DNA of 41,549 bases from Candidatus Woesebacteria bacterium GW2011_GWA1_38_8 (GCA_000993025.1 LBVJ01000011.1:26039-67587), one strand, 5' to 3'. Shown: positions 17,155 through 25,582, numbered from the stretch's first letter. Numbers and translations are program-made. The notes: generated by a model not told the origin, from the letters alone.

Positions 17155-17946
17155 CTATACTTTTTTAGTTTTTTTTGCTTTATCCTTCAAAGATCCTGCC
17201 GAAACGGGCTTTGCTTTTTTTGTCATCTTTTTTTTACTTTGAGAAATTTTCTCTCTTGTTTTCTTCAAGACGGGTTTATTAATTTTCAAGGTTTTATCCT
17301 CTACCTTTTTTTCTTTTCCGCTTACTATTTTCTCTGTTAAAGCTTCTTTGTCGATAACCAAAATATTTGCCAAGAATACTTTATAGACATTTATGTCTTT
17401 ATAATGTTCACAAACCACTCCATTCAAATTTCTGAATGCTTTGATCGCGTCAAAATTTTTTTCAGAAAAAGCAATTAAAACATTCTTCCTAGTAGTTACG
17501 TTCTTTTCTTTAAGAATGTTTTCTACCAAGAATGATGCTTCTTTCGTCTTTTTGATCTTTTCCAAATTATCAACCAAAACTATCAAAGAGTCCTTGATCT
17601 TGTAGTTTAACGCATATAAAAGAGCCTTGTTCTTTTGAGACCCCGAAAGTTTTAACAATCTTTTTATTCCTTTGGGTCCATGCGCCACTCCGCCTCCGAC
17701 AAAGATCGGCGCCGACTTCGCACCGTGTCTTGCTCCCCCGGTTCCTTTTTGCTTGTATATCTTTCTTGTTGAAATTCTGACTTCGCCTCTTGTTTTGACC
17801 TTAGCCAAACCAAGGTGTGTCCTGTCTTCATATATACGAACCGCTTGAGAAAGAAGCTCTAAATTCGGCTTCACGTCGAATTCCTTGGGAAAATTGATGC
17901 TTTCCTTTTTCTTTCCGTCAAATGTGTAGAGATCTGCTTTCAACAT
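17155..17946 (-). CDS. rplD: 50S ribosomal protein L4 with Lys-rich tail
   Basis: KTRGEV, QKGTGGARHG, GGGVAHGP. Confidence 0.98.
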   Translation of the reverse strand: MLKADLYTFDGKKKESINFPKEFDVKPNLELLSQAVRIYEDRTHLGLAKVKTRGEVRISTRKIYKQKGTGGARHGAKSAPIFVGGGVAHGPKGIKRLLKLSGSQKNKALLYALNYKIKDSLIVLVDNLEKIKKTKEASFLVENILKEKNVTTRKNVLIAFSEKNFDAIKAFRNLNGVVCEHYKDINVYKVFLANILVIDKEALTEKIVSGKEKKVEDKTLKINKPVLKKTREKISQSKKKMTKKAKPVSAGSLKDKAKKTKKV

Positions 17947-17958
17947 AGTATTAAATGA

Positions 17959-18828
17959 TTATTTGGTTTCTTCAGCGCTGTCGCCTTTTAGTTTTTCAGT
18001 TTTTGAATTTTTTGGTTCTTCTTTCCCTTCTTTCTTGTTTTCTTCATTTTCTATATTCTTATTTTCTTTATTTTCAACTTCCTTCTCTTCTTTTTTCTCC
18101 TCAATCACTTGTTTGTCCACCACAACCTGAGCGTCGGTGGAGTCAACCTCTTTGACTTCCGCCTCTGCTCTTACTCCCCCTTCTCCCGTCTTTTTAATAA
18201 AAACCAAACTTTTAACTGCTCCGGGAACTGCACCTGTTATTGCGATCAAACCATTCTTTTCGTCGAGATCGATAATATTTAAATTCTTCACAGTTACTCT
18301 ATCGCTTCCCATTCTACCCGCCATTCTTTTACCTTTAAAAACACGGCCCGGAGAGGTCCTGTTACCTATAGATCCGGGAGCGCGCTCTCTATCCGATTGG
18401 CCGTGAGTTTTTGGTCCGCCTGCAAAACCCCAGCGTTTAACGACCCCTGCAAATCCCTTGCCCTTTGAAATTCCGGTTATGGTTACAACATCACCCGCTC
18501 TTAATACATCTGTAACTTTTACTTCATCCCCAACTTTGAGTTGACTATCTTCCTTTACTCTTACTTCTCTTAAAAATCTTGGAAGCATTTTTTCCTTGGA
18601 GTCTTGGGTTTTTGGAGATTTTTTTAAGTGTCCTTGAAGCGGTTTGGAGACGTTTTTAATTCTTTTGGAGCCTGTCCCGAGCTGAACTGCCATATACCCG
18701 TCTTTTTCCTCATACTTGATCTGTGTCACCACACACGGCTCAACCTTTACCCACGTCACAGGATATCTACGATCGTTTATATAGACCGCCCCCATTTTTT
18801 GTTTAAAACCGAGTATTGTGTCTAACAT
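17959..18828 (-). CDS. rplC: 50S ribosomal protein L3 with charged C-terminal tail
   Basis: DGYMAVQLG, SKGKGFAGVVKRWGF, THGQSDRERAPGSIG, GKRMAGRMG. Confidence 0.98.
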   Translation of the reverse strand: MLDTILGFKQKMGAVYINDRRYPVTWVKVEPCVVTQIKYEEKDGYMAVQLGTGSKRIKNVSKPLQGHLKKSPKTQDSKEKMLPRFLREVRVKEDSQLKVGDEVKVTDVLRAGDVVTITGISKGKGFAGVVKRWGFAGGPKTHGQSDRERAPGSIGNRTSPGRVFKGKRMAGRMGSDRVTVKNLNIIDLDEKNGLIAITGAVPGAVKSLVFIKKTGEGGVRAEAEVKEVDSTDAQVVVDKQVIEEKKEEKEVENKENKNIENEENKKEGKEEPKNSKTEKLKGDSAEETK

Positions 18829-18837
18829 AGTAATATA

Positions 18838-18960
18838 ATGCTAATCAACTAATTTATACTAATTCTACTAATACCTACCAATTACGAAGTTAAACCAAAT
18901 TTGTACTTCATTCCATTCGTAGTTATTCGTTGCATTCGTACCCATTCGTAGATTAGTATC
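18838..18960. repeat. Palindromic element made of inverted ~9-nt tandem arrays (TAC[T/G]AAT core)
   Basis: Left ACTAAT/ACCAAT/TACGAA units, right ATTCGTA/ATTAGTA units. Confidence 0.75.
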
Positions 18961-18970
18961 ATTTAACACT

Positions 18971-18992
18971 AAAAAGGCGCCGGATGGGCGCC
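18971..18992 (-). terminator. Terminator-like hairpin in the rplC leader
   Basis: GGCGCC-CATCC-GGCGCC followed by TTTTT on the minus strand. Confidence 0.55.
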
Positions 18993-19063
18993 ATTTAAAT
19001 GACTAATCTATCCAGCTTCACCTACTGAGAGTATGTTTTGACGAACTTCTCCACAGCGGGGTT

Positions 19064-19092
19064 AGTATATCAAAGAGTGATTTATATGGCAA
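19064..19092 (-). promoter_or_regulatory. Sigma70 promoter for the rplC-onward ribosomal cluster
   Basis: TTGCCA-17 nt-TATACT with extended -10 TG. Confidence 0.7.
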
Positions 19093-19188
19093 TACCCTCC
19101 ATCCGACGCAATGAAAATTGCATAGCTGAGATTTTTAACGGTGCAAAATATTATTTACTCACCGGAAAAAAGTAATATACTTGAGAAC

Positions 19189-19527
19189 ATGACCGTCGAA
19201 AACCCAAAAACTCCCTATGTACAAATGAATCGGTATTATCAGCAACAGGATGGAACGGTTGTGAAAAGAACAGTTGACGTTCCCATTAGAGTTCCCAAGG
19301 GTTATTTTGAACAATGCAAGAATGAAGGTGCATTAATTACAGCCTATCTTGCAAGAGGAAGAGTGGACGGTGAAGTTCTTCCTCTCGAAGAAGAACTTCC
19401 TTCCAATATTGTACAAAGAGCCAGAAACCGCGCAGAAGCCTTTATGATTATGGATGATATTGCCGAGAGTGAAAAACGTCCACGATCCAAACTTCTCCAA
19501 AGGATCAAACAATTCTTCTCTAGTTAA
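19189..19527 (+). CDS. Hypothetical protein (orphan), probably leaderless
   Basis: 112-aa ORF filling the gap; TATACT (19176-19181) lies 7 nt before ATG 19189. Confidence 0.7.
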   Translation: MTVENPKTPYVQMNRYYQQQDGTVVKRTVDVPIRVPKGYFEQCKNEGALITAYLARGRVDGEVLPLEEELPSNIVQRARNRAEAFMIMDDIAESEKRPRSKLLQRIKQFFSS

Positions 19528-19619
19528 AGAGGTGTAACTTCCCCCATCTTTTGTCTCAAGAAGTACACCCGTAGGGTGATCTTATACCTCCACCCCTTAC
19601 TTTTGAGAATTATAGTAAT

Positions 19620-20156
19620 TTATTTGGGAACGATTAATGCCAAAAATTCACGATTTTTGCCTTTTTCTCCCAAAATCGGCGACTCGACCGTTATTTCAAT
19701 CCTCCCCCCAACCTCCTCTATCTCCTTTTTTGTTATCTCGATCACTTGGTTAACTTGGTCGCTTGTTAATCTTGCTTTTTTTGCTTCATAGTGTGGTTTT
19801 ATTAATGAAATTATTTTTCCGCCGGGTTTCAGGTTATTAAAAGCATTGGGTAAAATATTCTTTTGTCTTGTCCAGGAAGTGTCAACAGTAACAAGGTCTG
19901 CTAATTCCGGAAGTACTACATGCATGGCGTTGGTACGCTCCATTACGATAACCCTAGTGTCATTACGAAGAGCCCATGCAAGTTCTCCGTATGCAGTGTC
20001 AACCGAATAAACTTTTTTTGCTCCGTTTTGGAGTAAACAATCAACAAAACCACCGGTAGAGGAACCAAAATCAGCAACTGTAAGACCGTCTACAGAAATA
20101 TTAAACTTATCTAGTGCAAATTGGAGCTTTTCTCCTGCGCGGGATGCAAATATCAT
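19620..20156 (-). CDS. tlyA: TlyA-family rRNA 2'-O-methyltransferase, catalytic domain only
   Basis: SRAGEKL, DFGSSTGGF.DCLLQNGA, VMERTN, LIKPHYE, SPILG.KG.NREFL; no N-terminal S4-like domain. Confidence 0.9.
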   Translation of the reverse strand: MIFASRAGEKLQFALDKFNISVDGLTVADFGSSTGGFVDCLLQNGAKKVYSVDTAYGELAWALRNDTRVIVMERTNAMHVVLPELADLVTVDTSWTRQKNILPNAFNNLKPGGKIISLIKPHYEAKKARLTSDQVNQVIEITKKEIEEVGGRIEITVESPILGEKGKNREFLALIVPK

Positions 20157-20174
20157 TATTAAATTAATAAATAA

Positions 20175-20555
20175 TTAAATTATTGCTTTTTTCATACTAC
20201 CTTTCGTAAATTTTACTAATTGGTTAATCTCTTTCGGTAAATCTTGAAGTACATTAAGAATATACTTGTATTCTTTTTCGTCAATTAACTCTCGTTTTCT
20301 CGCTTTCTCGTTCCAATCTAAAGTTTCCAAGGTTGAGCCTCTTGAAATACGATAGTGTCTCACCATATCTTTTAAATAATATTTTCCAAAACCTTCAGCA
20401 ATATTTGCTGATATTGAATCTGCGGATCTAACAAACTGGGAACCGATGGTATTTTTAGCAAACATATCCCATTTTCTAACTACAATCCAGATATAATTTG
20501 AAAGTGAGAATGCCTTTTTGTAAACACCGATATTATTAAGTTTCAGATACGCCAT
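20175..20555 (-). CDS. Four helix bundle protein (23S rRNA IVP / bAvd-like fold)
   Basis: VYKKA, QFVRSADSISANIAEGFG, ISRGSTLET. Confidence 0.92.
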   Translation of the reverse strand: MAYLKLNNIGVYKKAFSLSNYIWIVVRKWDMFAKNTIGSQFVRSADSISANIAEGFGKYYLKDMVRHYRISRGSTLETLDWNEKARKRELIDEKEYKYILNVLQDLPKEINQLVKFTKGSMKKAII

Positions 20556-20622
20556 TTAATAGTTTAAGAATATATTAATTTGATAATCGAGTAAACGAAG
20601 GTTAATGGAGAAAATTTCACAA

Positions 20623-20931
20623 TTACATCTTTATTTCTATACTCACACCTGCCGGCAAATCCAGATTGGAGAGTGAATCGATCGTTCTTGGAGATGGATC
20701 CATAATATCAATAAGCCTTTTGTGAACGAGCATTTCAAAATGTTCCTGAGCATCTTTATCCGTAAAAGGAGATTTTAATACTGCATATGTAGATTTTTTT
20801 GTTGGGAGAGGAATAGGACCGATTATTTTTGCTCCTGTGGCTATAGCAACATCCAATATCTTAGCCGCCGCTTCATCTATTAAGCGGTGATCGTAGCTTT
20901 TCAGTTTTACTCTTAATCGTCCTGCTGCCAT
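20623..20931 (-). CDS. rpsJ: 30S ribosomal protein S10
   Basis: LKSYDHRLID, GPIPLPT, HKRLIDI, LPAGVSIEIK. Confidence 0.98.
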   Translation of the reverse strand: MAAGRLRVKLKSYDHRLIDEAAAKILDVAIATGAKIIGPIPLPTKKSTYAVLKSPFTDKDAQEHFEMLVHKRLIDIMDPSPRTIDSLSNLDLPAGVSIEIKM

Positions 20932-20967
20932 ATGCCGTTAAGGTGCCTAAGCCGAGTCCGACTCGAC

Positions 20968-20989
20968 AAAAAAAAGCCCCTGTCGGGGC
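20968..20989 (-). terminator. Intrinsic terminator after tuf
   Basis: GCCCC-GACA-GGGGC followed by T8 on the minus strand. Confidence 0.8.
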
Positions 20990-21006
20990 ATTTTGGTGCA
21001 TATCAA

Positions 21007-22209
21007 TTATGCAGTTATTTTTGTGATGGCTCCAGCACCGACCGTGGAACCACCTTCTCTTATCGCAAACCTGAATCCTTCTTCACAAGCTACCGGTTGG
21101 ATAAGTTTTACTTTCATTTTTGCACTGTCTCCAGGCATAACCATCTCAATCCCCTCGGGAAGTGTTACTTCACCTGTAATATCTGCAGTTCTGATAAAGA
21201 ACTGGGGCTTGTAGCCTGTAAAGAAAGGTGTGTGTCTTCCACCCTCCTCTTTGGAAAGGATATAAACTTCAGCTTCAAATTCTGTGTGTGGAGTGATTGA
21301 TCCGGTCTTGGCCAAAACCTGCCCTCTTTCAATTTGGTCTTTTTCAACGCCTCTTAATAGCACGCCTACGTTATCACCTGCTTGGGTGAAATCCAGGGAT
21401 TTTCTGAACATTTCAAGACCTGTGGCAACCGATTTTTGAGTCGCCTTAAGACCAACAATTTCAATTTCCTCGTTAATGTTTAACTTGCCTCTTTCAACTC
21501 TACCGGTAGCAACTGTTCCACGCCCCTTAATTGAAAAAACATCTTCAACAGGCATCAAAAATGGTTTATCTGCATCTCTTACAGGATCGGGAATATATTC
21601 ATCCACTTTCTTCATAAGTTCCAAGATCTGATCTTCAGCTTTAGCGTCCCCTTCCAGTGCTTTAAGTGCCGAAACTCTGACGATCGGAACTTCGTCGCCG
21701 GGATACTGATATTTTTTAAGAAGCTCTCTGATGTCGCTCTCTACCAAGGTTATAAGCTCTTCGTCATCCATTGCATCAACTTTATTCAATGCGACTACGA
21801 TCGCAGGAACATTAACCTGACGGGCTAAAATAATGTGTTCTCTTGTTTGTGGCATCGGACCATCAGGGGCGGAAATAACAAGGATCGCACCATCCATTTG
21901 GGCTGCGCCTGTGATCATGTTCTTGATGTAATCTGCGTGTCCGGGGGCATCAATATGTGCATAATGGCGTTTTTCTGTTTCATATTCAACATGGGTGATG
22001 TTGATCGTAACTCCTCTTTCTTTTTCCTCGGGAGCATTATCAATTTCGTCAAATTTATAGGCTCTGTTTACTCCACCCGGAAATTTCTTGGCCAAAACAG
22101 TGGAAATTGCGGCAGTCAAAGTGGTTTTACCGTGGTCGACATGACCAATGGTACCAATGTTTACATGGGGTTTCGTTCTGTCAAATTTTTGTTTTGCGTC
22201 ACCAGCCAT
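21007..22209 (-). CDS. tuf: Elongation factor Tu
   Basis: [30 protein letters not shown]. Confidence 0.99.
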   Translation of the reverse strand: MAGDAKQKFDRTKPHVNIGTIGHVDHGKTTLTAAISTVLAKKFPGGVNRAYKFDEIDNAPEEKERGVTINITHVEYETEKRHYAHIDAPGHADYIKNMITGAAQMDGAILVISAPDGPMPQTREHIILARQVNVPAIVVALNKVDAMDDEELITLVESDIRELLKKYQYPGDEVPIVRVSALKALEGDAKAEDQILELMKKVDEYIPDPVRDADKPFLMPVEDVFSIKGRGTVATGRVERGKLNINEEIEIVGLKATQKSVATGLEMFRKSLDFTQAGDNVGVLLRGVEKDQIERGQVLAKTGSITPHTEFEAEVYILSKEEGGRHTPFFTGYKPQFFIRTADITGEVTLPEGIEMVMPGDSAKMKVKLIQPVACEEGFRFAIREGGSTVGAGAITKITA

Positions 22210-22210
22210 A

Positions 22211-22243
22211 ATTTAGTTAATAGTTAATAGTTACTTAGTTAGT
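22211..22243. repeat. Heptamer array (TAGTTAA-like) abutting the tuf start
   Basis: TAGTTAA TAGTTAA TAGTTAC TTAGTTA. Confidence 0.7.
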
Positions 22244-22295
22244 ATACGAATAAGTCTTCAAAAAAACAAGGACAATTAATGTCCCAATGTTAGGT

Positions 22296-22325
22296 ATTAT
22301 AATTAAGCTCAAGTGAGCTTGTCAA
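22296..22325 (-). promoter_or_regulatory. Consensus sigma70 promoter of tuf with palindromic spacer
   Basis: TTGACA-18 nt-TATAAT; AAGCTCA-CT-TGAGCTT occupies the spacer. Confidence 0.75.
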
Positions 22326-22334
22326 CCGGCAATC

Positions 22335-24494
22335 TTAGTCAGGACTTTTTCCGCTTTTAGCAACGATTTCATCAGCTATATTTTTTGGGACTTCTTCATA
22401 GTGACTTGGTTCAACATATGCACGCGCCCTGCCTTGTGATATAGAACGTAGCTTCGTAGCATAGCCGGAGAGCTCTGCAAGGGGGGCTAAAGCGTTGATC
22501 ACAGTTTCCATTCCCCTTGTCTCCGTTCCCTGCACTTGAGCGCGTTTGCTTGATAGATCTCCGATAATATCACCCATATACTCTTCGGGTGTGGCAACTT
22601 CAACTTTCATTATAGGTTCAAGTATCACCATTTCGGCTTTTTTGACCGCTGCTTCTACCGCCATTGAACCTGCGATCTGAAAAGCTAAATCGGAAGAGTC
22701 AACGTCGTGATAAGATCCATCGTAAACTGCAACTTTAATATCCGTCATTGGAAAACCTGCCATGATTCCCTTTTCCAATTTTTCCTTAACTCCTTTTTCG
22801 ATCGAGGAAATAAACTCTGCGGGTATTGCTCCACCTTTGATCTTATTTTCAAATTCAAAACCCTCACCCCTGCCTTTTGCTTCAACCCTAACAAGACAAT
22901 GTCCATATTGTCCATGACCGCCGGTTTGCCTGATATATTTTCCTTCGCCTTCAGCCAACTTCTTTATCGTTTCTTTGTAAGCTACCTGAGGTGAACCTGT
23001 ATTTGCCACAACATTAAATTCTCTCCTCATTCTGTCAACCAATATCTCCAATTGAAGTTCCCCCATTCCTGAAATGATCGTCTGGCCTGTTTCAAAATTT
23101 GTTTTTACTTTAAATGTAGGATCTTCATCCGCAAGTTTTTGAATAGCAAGACCCATCTTCTCCTGATCGGATTTTGTCGCCGGTTCAATTGCCAATGATA
23201 TAACAGGCTCGGGAAAAGCGATCGATTCCAATATAATCGGATTTGCCGGCAAACTCAAAGAGTCTCCTGTTGAAGTATCTCTTATACCGACAACTGCCAC
23301 TATCTCTCCCGTAAAGGCTTCCTCTACCAGCTCTCTTTGGTCGGCGTGAAGTAAAACAAGCTTTCCAATTCTCTCCTGTTTTTGTTTACTGACATTATAT
23401 ATAACATCACCCGCACTAACCTTCCCCGAATAGATTCTCATATATACAAGTCTCCCCACATGAGGATCCGTAACAACCTTAAAAGCAAGTGCAGAAAACG
23501 GTACATCATTTTTGGGTTCTCTTTCCTCTTTCGTACCAGTCTTCGGATTTATTCCGGTAACTGGCGGAACATCTAAGGGAGAAGGCAGATATTCAACAAC
23601 CGCATCCAAAAGAAGTTGTACTGTTGCCATTCTATTATCTCCACCTAAGATCGGGAAGAATTTGCCGGAAACTACACCCTTTCGAATAGCCCGTCTTAAT
23701 TCAGTTTCATCAGGATCTTTTCCCTCAAGATATTTTGCTAAAGCTTGGTCATCAAATTCCGAAACAGCTTCTACAAGTTCGGCTCTATATTTTTTTGATA
23801 CTTCTAAATACTCAGCCGGTATCTCTTCCTCTTTAAGTTCATTATCCTCCATTCCAGTGTATGTGTATGCTTTCATTCTTATGATGTCGATCACACCACG
23901 GAGTGAATGTTCAAGTCCTACCGGATATTCAATAGGAGAGGCGTTAGCACCTAATTTTTCCCGAATAGATTTTATCGACCCCTCAAAGTCAGCGCCTATC
24001 AAATTTAATTTATTTAATATGCAAACCCTTGGCACATTATATTTGTCCGCCTGTCTCCAAACCGTTTCCGACTGAGATTCAACACCTGTTCTGCCGTCAA
24101 ACACCATTACTGCGCCATCCAAAACACGAAGCGACCTCTCAACTTCTGCAGTAAAATCAATATGCCCGGGAGTATCAATAATATTTATTCTGTAATGACC
24201 GTTCTCTATAGCCGATCCGCTTTGAAGATCCCAAAATGTTGTTATTGCTGCAGAAACTATTGTAATTCCCCGTTCCCTTTCCTGCGCCATCCAGTCAGTT
24301 ACTGTAGTTCCATCGTCAACAGAACCCTGTTTATATGTCTTACCTGTTTCGAAAAGAATACGTTCGGTTGTTGTTGTCTTGCCCGCATCGATATGCGCAA
24401 TAATCCCAATGTTCCTAATTTTTTCCATTGGAACGATACGGTCTTTTGTGACCGTCATAACCATACTCGCTTTTTTCTTGGGTGGGTTTGCCAT
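22335..24494 (-). CDS. fusA: Elongation factor G with non-canonical G4/G5 motifs
   Basis: RNIGIIAHIDAGKTT, RGITI, DTPGHIDF, EDPTF, GMGELQL, GSYHDVDSS, LEPIM; str operon position. Confidence 0.99.
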   Translation of the reverse strand: MANPPKKKASMVMTVTKDRIVPMEKIRNIGIIAHIDAGKTTTTERILFETGKTYKQGSVDDGTTVTDWMAQERERGITIVSAAITTFWDLQSGSAIENGHYRINIIDTPGHIDFTAEVERSLRVLDGAVMVFDGRTGVESQSETVWRQADKYNVPRVCILNKLNLIGADFEGSIKSIREKLGANASPIEYPVGLEHSLRGVIDIIRMKAYTYTGMEDNELKEEEIPAEYLEVSKKYRAELVEAVSEFDDQALAKYLEGKDPDETELRRAIRKGVVSGKFFPILGGDNRMATVQLLLDAVVEYLPSPLDVPPVTGINPKTGTKEEREPKNDVPFSALAFKVVTDPHVGRLVYMRIYSGKVSAGDVIYNVSKQKQERIGKLVLLHADQRELVEEAFTGEIVAVVGIRDTSTGDSLSLPANPIILESIAFPEPVISLAIEPATKSDQEKMGLAIQKLADEDPTFKVKTNFETGQTIISGMGELQLEILVDRMRREFNVVANTGSPQVAYKETIKKLAEGEGKYIRQTGGHGQYGHCLVRVEAKGRGEGFEFENKIKGGAIPAEFISSIEKGVKEKLEKGIMAGFPMTDIKVAVYDGSYHDVDSSDLAFQIAGSMAVEAAVKKAEMVILEPIMKVEVATPEEYMGDIIGDLSSKRAQVQGTETRGMETVINALAPLAELSGYATKLRSISQGRARAYVEPSHYEEVPKNIADEIVAKSGKSPD

Positions 24495-24496
24495 AA

Positions 24497-24536
24497 AAAT
24501 AAGATATTAGGATAATAAGATATTAAGATATCAAGA
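24497..24536. repeat. Octamer array abutting the fusA start
   Basis: TAAGATAT TAGGATAA TAAGATAT TAAGATAT CAAGA. Confidence 0.75.
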
Positions 24537-24545
24537 GAGAACACA

Positions 24546-25022
24546 TTACCATTTGAAATGTGCAAAAGCCCTATTCGCTTCCGCGACCTTTTCCATATCA
24601 ACCTTTTTCTTTATCGCTCCGCCCTCGCCTTTCGCCGCATCAGATAATTCCGCAGCCAATTTCTGAGAAAAAGTTTTGTATTCAGAATTTGACCTTAATC
24701 TTGTTGCTGCAACGATCCATCTTATAGCAAGCGATTCCTTTCTTGATCCGCGAACCTGCATAGGTACCTGATATGCGGCACCGCCTATTCTTCGTGGTCT
24801 TACTTCCATAGACGGTTTTACGTTCTCTATTGCAAGGGAAAATATTTTTACCGGATCATCGCCTCCCTTTTTCATAATTTCAAAAGCTTCATAAACCTCT
24901 CTTTGAATGACAGATTTTTTACCTTCGCGCATGGCGCGATTAATAAGTTTTGCAACGATCCTATTTTTATAGATAGGGTCCGGTTCGATTTTTCTTATTT
25001 TTGCTGATCCTCTTCTTGGCAT
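24546..25022 (-). CDS. rpsG: 30S ribosomal protein S7
   Basis: MPRRG, PDPIY, RRIGGAAYQVP, AEANRAFAH. Confidence 0.98.
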   Translation of the reverse strand: MPRRGSAKIRKIEPDPIYKNRIVAKLINRAMREGKKSVIQREVYEAFEIMKKGGDDPVKIFSLAIENVKPSMEVRPRRIGGAAYQVPMQVRGSRKESLAIRWIVAATRLRSNSEYKTFSQKLAAELSDAAKGEGGAIKKKVDMEKVAEANRAFAHFKW

Positions 25023-25060
25023 AGTTTAGTTAATAGTCAGTAGTTAATGGTTAATAGTTA
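25023..25060. repeat. Heptamer array filling the rpsL-rpsG spacer
   Basis: TAGTTAA TAGTCAG TAGTTAA TGGTTAA TAGTTA. Confidence 0.75.
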
Positions 25061-25504
25061 TGCTGCCGGCGTTGTTGGTGCCGTGGCTGTCACATTTCCC
25101 GATCTTTTGGCTCCATAACGGCTTCTTGAACTTTTTCGGCCTACAACACCAGCCGTATCAAATTTCCCTCTTACAACCTTATATTTAACTCCCGGAAGGT
25201 CCTTAACACGTCCGTACCGTACAAGCACTATCGAATGCTCCGCCAACTCGTGTCCCTCACCCGGAATGTAAGCCGTCACTTCCTGCTTGTTTGATAAACG
25301 AACCCTGCAAACCTTGCGCAGTGCAGAATTCGGCTTTTTTGGCGTCATAGTTCTAACTTGCAAAATAACCCCTCTTTTAAAAGGAGATGGGTTTTCCGAA
25401 AAACGCCTGTCTTTGGCGTTAAACCAACGCCTTAAGGCTCCTTTTTTGGATTTTTTTACGATCCTTTTTCTACCTTTTCTGACTAGTTGAGATATAGTTG
25501 GCAT
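25058..25504 (-). CDS. rpsL: 30S ribosomal protein S12
   Basis: [32 protein letters not shown]; ATG 25504. Confidence 0.98.
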   Translation of the reverse strand: MPTISQLVRKGRKRIVKKSKKGALRRWFNAKDRRFSENPSPFKRGVILQVRTMTPKKPNSALRKVCRVRLSNKQEVTAYIPGEGHELAEHSIVLVRYGRVKDLPGVKYKVVRGKFDTAGVVGRKSSRSRYGAKRSGNVTATAPTTPAA

Positions 25505-25582
25505 ATAAAAATAACTTAAAACTAAAAAAACAAAACTCAAAAATTACACACGAGTTACGATTTTAGCGTTAAACAAAAAAAA

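Noticed and set aside
20175-20555. Four-helix-bundle gene as part of a diversity-generating retroelement
   Set aside because: No reverse transcriptase and no TR/VR pair differing at adenines seen in the window.
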